64,000 nt of DNA from the human T2T-CHM13v2.0 reference genome, Homo sapiens: assembly GCF_009914755.1 (NCBI RefSeq), contig NC_060931.1, one strand, 5' to 3'. Position 1 is the stretch's first letter, and every line of letters starts with the position of its first letter. Position numbers and translations under genes: made by a program. Below, piece after piece: positions 56,220 through 64,000 of this stretch. The notes under the pieces were generated by a model. The model was not told where the DNA came from. It did no database searches and saw only the letters and a program-made list of their open reading frames with translations.

Positions 56220-58930
56220 CAAATCTTTCCTCAGATTTGCAAATTTTCAGCCATAAATCCTCAAATATTTTTTTTTTTCCCTTTCTTTCTCTCTTCCCTG
56301 TCTGGTATTCCTACAATGTGTATGTTGGTAAGCATGGTAGTATTTCACTGGTTGTTCAGCTATATTTATTTTTCTCATTCTTTTTTCTTTTGCTCCTCAG
56401 ACTGGAAAATTTCAAATGTCTTCAAGCTTGCTGCTACTCTCTTCTGCTTGTGTGAATATACCATTGAATTTCTCTAATATGGTTTTAATTTTAGTTTTAC
56501 TAAATAATTTATTAGATTTTCCAGAATTTCTTTTCTGTTTATTTATATTATTTTTCTTTATTTCTTTTGATATTCTCATCTTGTTCAGACATTATTTTCT
56601 CTGATTTCTTTGGTTATTTGTATGTTTTCCTTTAAACCATCAAACATATTTAAGACATCCGACTTACTGTTATTGACTAATAATTCTAAAGTCTGCGCTT
56701 CCTCAGGAATTCTTTCAAACAAATTCTTTAGTTTCTGCAAATGAGCTGTATTTTCTTATTTTTTATGTTTTAAAATGTTTGTTTATAACTGGAGGGAATT
56801 CTGAGTAATATGTAAGGTAATTCTGGAAATGTAATTATCTCGTTTTTCAGGGATTGCTTGTTCTTTGCTTGTTTATGGCTGAAGCAATGCTATTGTGATT
56901 TTCCAAACTATTTTGCAATCATATTTTGCAAACCATTTATTTGCAAACAATTTTGCATATTTGTCGTGTATGGTCACTGAAGTTTCTGTTCCATTCTTCC
57001 ATTTTATCTTCAGTCATTGGTTACCTGCCAATAATTCCCTTAAATTTCTGGTTCCCAAGTGGGTAGGGAGTGAAATTCCTGTCTCTTTGAATCTCTTCTT
57101 GTCTATAAATCAATTTCATCACACTGAGGTTGAAACAAATTTTGCTCAGCTCATTTATTGCCTCTAATGTTTTTAGTGGATTCTTTAGAACTTCCTGTGT
57201 ACAAGATGCTATCATCTGTATATAGGTGTAGTTTTACTTTTTTGTTTTTGAAATCTGGATATAGTTTATATCATTTCCTTTCAAATTACCCTAGGAGAAC
57301 TTCCAGTAAAATATTGTATACAAAGAAATGGCAAGAACAGAAATTTTATCTTGTTTCTTATTGTAGAGAAAATGTTTCCAGTCTTTCACTTTTTAGTGTG
57401 AGGTTAGCTGCGGGGGTTTTTGTAGATGCCCATTATTAGTTTGAGGAGGTTCTCTTCTATTTCTAGATGTTCAATGAATGCTTTTTATATGAAAATATGT
57501 TGGATTTTGTCAAATGTTTTTTCTTCATTTGTTGAAATGATCATGTGGTTTTCATTTTTGCTCTTTATATTTTTAACATGATGTATTGCATTGACTGAGT
57601 TTTAAATGTGAAACCAACAGTGGTTTATCAGATTACATCCCTCTTGGGCATGTTTTAATCTTTTTATATCCTACTTCATTTCACATGCTGATATTTTACT
57701 GAATTTAATTGTGTCTATATTCATAAGGGATATTAATCTGTAGCTTTCTATTTGATTTTTTTCTTATTTTGGTATCAGGATTATGCTGATAAGAATAGTA
57801 CTGAAAATAAAATAAGTTGGGAAATAATTATTTTTTTTCTGTGTTTATGAAGACTTCATAAAGAATTTGTATTAATTCTTTTTTAAATGCCTGGTGGAAT
57901 TTAGCAGTGAATCCATCTGGGCCTGAACTTTTATTCATGAGAAGTTTTAAAGTCATTAATTAAATCATTTTAGTCATTACAATTATATTCAAATTTTATA
58001 TTTCTATTTGAGTCAGTTTTTCTAGTTTGTGTGATCCCAGGAATTTTTTTTCATAAAGTCGCTTATGGTATTCTCTTATTCTTTGTATTTCTTTAAGGTC
58101 AGTGGTGATATCTCCTTTTATTGTATATTATTTTAGTTATTTGAATCATCTCTCCTTTGTTCTTGATCAGTCTAGCTAACAGTTTATCAATTTTGTTGAT
58201 CTTTTCAGAGAACTAACTTTAGTTTTCATTGATTTTCTCTATTGGTTTTTACATTTTCTACTTTATTTATTTCTGCTCTAATATTTATTATTTCTTCCTT
58301 ATGTCATTTGGGTATAGTCGGCATCTCTTTTTTCCTTTTTTTAAGCTGGAGTGTCATGTTATTGATTACTTATTTTCTAACACAACTATAAATTTTCCTC
58401 TGAGCACTGGCTTATCTATATCCATTAAGTTTGGTATATTGTCATTCCTTTTTATTCATCTGAAATTTTTTTCTCCTTTACCTTGTGACGTATTCTTTAA
58501 TTATTGTTATTTTCACATAATTGTGAACTTTTTACATTTTCATATAGCAATGATTTCTAATTAAATTCTATTGTTGTTGAAGAAAATACACCATATGGTT
58601 TGAATTCTTTTGAATTCATTGATTTTTGTTTTGTGGCCTAGCATATGGCCTATGCTGGAGAATAATTGATTTGCACTTGAGAACCATGTTGTAGGATAAA
58701 GTGTATTCTGTTGTTGTTGCATAGAGTGTTTTAGAGATATCTGTTTGTTCTAGTTGGTTTATAGTGCTCTTCAATTTTTTATTTTGTCATTATTCTTCTG
58801 CTTAGTTGTATCTGTTATTGAAAGTGGGACTCAAAAGTTTCCAACTAATATTTTTATTTTTAAATTTATCCTCAGAGTGCATACATGTTTATGATTTTTA
58901 TGTCTTCTTGATGGAATGAGCCTTTTATAA
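56220..58930 (-). mobile_element. Old L1M pieces: ORF1/5' region (to about 57100), then ORF2
   Basis: ttttgctcctcagactgg, atttaagaca; gtgaatccatctgggcctg, ctatgctggagaat...tgcacttgagaa. Confidence 0.75.
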
Positions 58931-58979
58931 GAAATTTGCTTTCTAATTATTAAAATATTATTTGTTTAAATTTTAGCTT

Positions 58980-59260
58980 AAATTTAAGTATTTATTGAAT
59001 GTTAGTATGTGCCAGGCACTGTTAAACACTTTAGAGGCTACAAAATGAATAAACATATACAAATTGTTGTTTTTATGGAGCCGACATTTTAGTTGAAAAG
59101 TCAGATCATAAGTAATATAAATAAGTAAATAACATGTTAAAGTAGAAAAAATAATGAGCAAGGTCAGGAGATCATCAGCACTAGTTGGAGATGGTTGAGG
59201 GATTGAGAGGGCTACAGACTACACTGGGTAGTCGGAGGGTAGACCATAACAAACACAACT
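58980..59260 (-). mobile_element. L2a 3' end
   Basis: aagtatttattgaatgttagtatgtgccaggcactgt. Confidence 0.8.
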
Positions 59261-59359
59261 GAGATTTATTGTTAGGATAGTAATCCTGGATTTATGGTTT
59301 GAAATACTAGTGCACATTGAAACGAAATGCAGGTGTAAGAAAAAGAAATGAAAATTAAT

Positions 59360-59552
59360 TTGAGTAACTCATACCTACAGCACTGTTTTAAGAGTATCAT
59401 AAGCAACATTGTACTGAATTTTCATAGCTCTATAGGGTGGTGTTCATTATTATCCTCATTTTACATTGGATAGATTGAAGCTTAAGGCATTTGTTACCTG
59501 TTCATGGCCATAGTATGAAGCAGGGTTTCGTTAGATAAGTTAGGCTGCAAAG
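59360..59552 (-). mobile_element. MIR, interrupted by the MER61 LTR
   Basis: cattattatcctcattttacattggatagattgaagctt. Confidence 0.7.
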
Positions 59553-59556
59553 CTTT

Positions 59557-59984
59557 TGATAGAGGCAGGAGGCAGACAAATGACTAGGGATATAAGGAAA
59601 GGTCTCCAGAGAATCTCCAACCCAACTCACAAGTGTTTACACCAAATTTTTTGTGCAGCTACAGGAACCTGCACAGCATCTCACTTGGGCATCCCTACAA
59701 CAGACTGGAGGCCCACATGCACTCAGGGAACAGGGTGGAGCCACCAGGAATTCACACCTTATGCAGGGGAGGAGCCTGGTCTCTTCAGCTCTTGTGGGAG
59801 TTCTGGTATTCAATGTGTGAGGTGGAAACCTGCGTGGAAGACACTTCTCTTTGCTGAAAGTTTTCCTTTCACTTAATAAATTCCCCACTTCTCTCCTTTC
59901 AATGTGTCTGCGTGCCTAATGTGTCCTGGTTGTGAGACAAGAACACAGATTTAGATGAAATAAGGAACAAAAAATCCTGCATCA
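59557..59984 (+). mobile_element. MER61(C-like) ERV1 solo LTR
   Basis: tgatagaggcaggaggcagacaaatg...aaatcctgcatca; perfect 4-bp TSD CTTT at 59553-59556 and 59985-59988; AATAAA at about 59875. Confidence 0.85.
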
Positions 59985-61379
59985 CTTTTACATGACTTTA
60001 TTAAATATCAAACGTGTTCCATACATATTCTATAATATTTTCAACAAAATTGTTTTTAGACAAAATCCTTCATATAAGTTATTTTAAACGATTCTCTCAA
60101 AAGGGCAATATAAAAGCACTAGAAAGCTGTTTCCATTTAGAGTGATTTGTTAAAGTAAAATTCCAGAGTATGTCTACATTTTGTTTAAATAATTATTATT
60201 TATGCACCCTTCTGTTTGTTTCAAAATATTAAAAGTAAAATGTGAGTCCCAGTAAGTAAACAGCCTACATATTTAATGTACCTACTGGTATGTCCAAAAA
60301 TTCAGCCTAGGTATTATTTATACTTTGTTACTTCCGTAATACTGATATTAAGAAATAGTAAAGTTTGAAATCCAAGGGATAATATTATTCACATTTATTA
60401 TTTAGGTACAGACACAGAACAATCTTGTGTGTGACTAGAGAAATTATTTTTGGCATAATCTGACATATCTGTCTCTTTCAAATGTTTTCTTTATAAGTAT
60501 TCCAATGCTTTTAGGGACTGGATTTCAGACATGTTTTCAAGCACATGTTTTTTTAGTCTGGAGCTTTTTAAATTATTAAGTAGATTATCATGCATTAATT
60601 TGACTTACTTTCATGAACAAGTTAATTTATACGTCATTAAGTGGGAAACAAGATAAAGTCCAAAATAAAATGAAATCACTACTAACTCATTATATTAATA
60701 CTCTTATTAGGATGAGACACTTCAATTAAATCTATAAACTGTCAGGAAGAAATAAAGATAATAAAAGAAAGACTCTAGAGTTACATATGTATAAAAGATG
60801 GAGGCATAAGATGGTAATTAGATTTTCATATTAGCTGATCTTCTTTAGGGCCTTAAGGAAGAAATGAATCCTGTCAATATTATTATTCCATTTAGAAAAC
60901 ACAGAAAGAAAGAAATGAATAAGTATGTAAAAGTGTAATGGACCATCATTGTTTCCTCCAGTTTTATGCATTTTCAGCAAGTCCTTCAATGTCCATCTTC
61001 AACACTGCTTTGATATGAATCCATGTGCTTTATTACCTCAACTGTTTACTTCTGGAGGAAGAGACAGATGATCTTTATGCATATTTATTTATTATCCCAA
61101 CCCAGCTCTGCCCTCAAATTCTTACCTAGGATCTAGCAAAATCTCCCTTTGGCAAATTGATAAATAAATGAGTAGTTGTACCTGATTTTTATTGTTTAGA
61201 TTTATATATTTATTTTTGCCAGGTTTTCAAATATGGCAGTATTGTACCAAAATTCCTACTAATTGCACTGAAGACTCACCAAAATCACTCTCAAATGAAA
61301 AGCTTTGATTTCTTTAGTTGGGGTTTGTTAATATTGATGTCTTCCAGTGAGTTTGATTCCATATCACCCAGAAGCATTA

Positions 61380-61683
61380 TGAGACAGCCAAATAAAAAGG
61401 GCTACCCAGATAATCTCCAACCAACCTGTGCACTAGGTGGACAAGATGGGGCCTCAGGATTTTCACAGCATTTGCAGGAGAGAGGAGCATGGCCCCTCTT
61501 GTACCTATGTGGTAACCCAGGATTCAATCTGTGAGAGGGGGCTTATTAACAGGAACCCCTCTTTCTTTGCTGTGTTGCTTTTTGTTTTTGCCCAATAAAT
61601 TTCATAACCCCCCTCACCCTTCAAAGTGTCTGTAAGCCTAATTCTTCCTGGTTGTGTGACAAGAACCCAGTTTTTTCTACAAA
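61380..61683 (+). mobile_element. MER61-family short LTR (5' LTR of a provirus)
   Basis: tgagacagccaa...cctggttgtgtgacaagaacccag; homologous to the LTR at 59557 in its 3' half. Confidence 0.75.
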
Positions 61684-64000
61684 TTATTGGGTGCCAAACA
61701 TGGGGCCTGAGGAAGGATGAGTGAAATGGGGACCCAAAACCTCTCACTTTCACTTCTGAGCCTTTTGGTCCTATGGCATTTATCTTCTTTTTTTCAGGAC
61801 AGTAACAGCACCCATCTTTTCTTTTACAATACTGGAGGTGGTTCACATCTGCCCCAATGGCCACAGGTGCATACACAGGATGGTTGGGCAGGGAAGCTCC
61901 CTGACCCCACTTCCCTACCAGCTGGGGTGCATAGCCATGTCTCCCACATGTGTGTGCAGTGTCCAACAGCCACACAGAGCAGGAATGAGCCACAGTCAAT
62001 GCCCAGGCCCCAAGATGCCCCACGTGGCTGGCTGGTGATCCCTGCTATGCACTGTGCAGTCTCCCTCTTCCATAGCCGGGGAGTCCAGGTCCATCCCACA
62101 GCAATTAAGCTTTTCTCCCTGGTGGAGGAAACACTTGCATAAGAATAGGAGGTTCTTCCCCCAGGGATAGTTTTCTCTTCTCCACTCTGTCAGCAGTTAA
62201 CATAGCCCTGCATTTAAGCTGTCTCATCCTTTTCTCTACCCTGTCAACAGCTGACTTTTAAATGAGGATTTTTTCTTTTAGAAGACATTTTGCTGGACCA
62301 GGAATGATGAGGATCACTGTTTTTAGTTCCCATAGAGTTTTAATTGTGAGAAAGGATATGTGAGGTTACTCTTAAGCTGTAGCCAATCTGGTTTGCTTTG
62401 TGCATCTTTCTGTACAGTCCATACCAAGCTTTACTACAGGCCTCCATCTTGTTTTATATCATTTGGGGCATGGCCTGTAACCCAGTGGCAGGCTTTGTTT
62501 AGCTTCCATATGGCCCAGATTCAATCCTGGCTAGGGGATGAGTTTCATATCTGCATGACCTTTTGCTATTTGTTGATTCCCTTCCCCTCCATGAAATGCC
62601 TTGGATTTTCCTTTCTCTGAGCCTTTAGGAAAGTTTGAAAGGCAGAAATATTGGCCACTTGGCACCACTAAAGTTAGATAATAAGGGAGTTAAAAGAATT
62701 ATTTTGAGAAGTGCCCAGCTCAATTAAAGGTGGATATCCAACATATAGTAATATTTAAAAGACCTTTATGTTCTCCTTTTTTTGAACCTTGGTTTGCTGG
62801 AAAAATACATGGTTTTTTTTTGGTAAACTGAATTATTTTTCTCCATTTTGGCTTGCCACTTTTAATGCATGCATGAAAGGGGAGAGACCTCTGTTTTCCT
62901 CATGAAATCCCAGGAATTAAAAGCATCTGAAGGCCAATAATTCAAATAGAAGATTGGCAAATGAAAGATCTTATGGGGACTGGATTTTCTTCTGCCAGTC
63001 TGCATAGTTACATATGCATTGCATGTGTGATATCTATAAAAAGAGCTTTAATTAATTGGCCTAAGGGAAGATAAGCACTTGGATCAAATCTTTTGTAAAG
63101 AGAAGATAAAAGCTGTGGTACCTTTCAGTTCATGTGACTTAAGCTTATTCTTTGTGAAATAAAAACCACCTTAAAGATTATCAGTAAAAAGCAAATGTCA
63201 TCAAAATATAAATAGGCAGACTAAGTTATGCAGGTCAGATACTATGTACACTAAATGTTTTAAGGTTATAAACTGCTTTTTTGGTTTTTCAATATGCCGG
63301 CTTCACAGTTGGTAAGGTCAGAGGACATATGGAACTAACCATACCCTTAATTATGCTGAGAAGAGTCAAACCTTGGCTGGACGTAGCACATAATCAAAAT
63401 AACTTACCAGATTTTACATTAAAGTTAAAAATTGCTAAAAGTTACCATTATGACATATAATTGAGACTGCTGGAAATAGATTTACATGTGAGGTGTGTAA
63501 GAACAGTAAAATGTGTTTTTAATAAACACTTATAAGAAGGCATAAAAGTGCAAATTCTTGACTAGGGTTAAATAATTGTTTTAAATTAGATAAAATAAAG
63601 CTAAAAGTTCAAACAAGTGGTGGAAGGGTTGTAAGAATTAATCTTGCAAAAATTCCATGTGTGAATACATTGACTAAATTCAAACAGGTATTATTTGGTT
63701 TTTCTGTAAATTGAACATTAAAATAAAAGCACAACAATGTACTTTTAAGACACCAATCTTTTCTTTAGTGAAATTTGTAAAGAGTTATAAAAGGTTTTTG
63801 TTTTTTTAAAATTTCTGAGTCATTTAGGCAACATGGATAATTTATGGTAACCTGGAATTCTATTTAATAACATCAAGTTTCTTAAACCTCTAACATATTT
63901 AACAGGCTTCCCAAATCATACTTCAGTTTCAAAATTGTCTTTCTGACATCTGACTTTTTGGATGCATCACAGGGACCCTGGAGTATCCAGAAAAGGGAGG
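61684..64000 (+). mobile_element. MER4-group/MER61 internal region (noncoding), running off the window
   Basis: Follows the LTR and PBS; MER4-group motifs aaaagagctttaattaattggcctaa, aagcacttggatcaaat, ttttacattaaagttaaaaattgctaa. Confidence 0.8.
61689..61706 (+). other. Degenerate primer-binding site (tRNA-Lys1,2-like)
   Basis: GGGTGCCAAACATGGGGC, 14/18 to TGGCGCCCAACGTGGGGC; two of the differences are CpG decay. Confidence 0.55.

Noticed and set aside
56900-56962. Short repeats (ttttgcaa units) resembling an array
   Set aside because: Degenerate slippage repeat inside L1; no spacer structure, and CRISPR is not applicable to this mammalian DNA
59557-61683. Two same-strand MER61 LTRs as one provirus capturing 1.4 kb
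   Set aside because: They have different 5' halves; the first has its own perfect TSD and the second has its own PBS and internal region
61505-62142. Overlapping 172-aa and 141-aa ORFs
   Set aside because: GC-richer ERV leader sequence; no gag motifs recognised

Overview
AT-rich primate genomic DNA, almost certainly human: it holds a CpG-intact AluYa5 with all five diagnostic changes. By eye about 80% is interspersed repeat. This includes old L1s (+ strand at 0.3-14.4 kb, mostly - strand from 14.4 to 59 kb, often nested), Alus and a FAM, MaLR elements (MSTD, MSTB, MLT1A, an MLT1J-like element, a complete MLT1B), an ERVL MLT2 LTR, ERV1 LTRs (MER41B, MER66-like, MER31/67-like, MER61), Tigger/mariner MITEs, L2 and MIR. 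I recognise no host protein-coding gene, RNA gene or CpG island, and the supplied ORFs look like repeat-derived or chance frames. The only recognisable non-L1 protein relic is a broken ERV-V/MER66-like env at about 38.1-39.0 kb. I do not see a new biological system. The most distinctive pattern is a set of DNA-level templated insertions preserved inside old repeats: a 96-bp copy of a nearby LTR, an older L1 piece inside a younger L1, and several fold-back or patchwork inserts. Repeat subfamily names come from recalled consensus sequences, not a search. Old-L1 boundaries are approximate.
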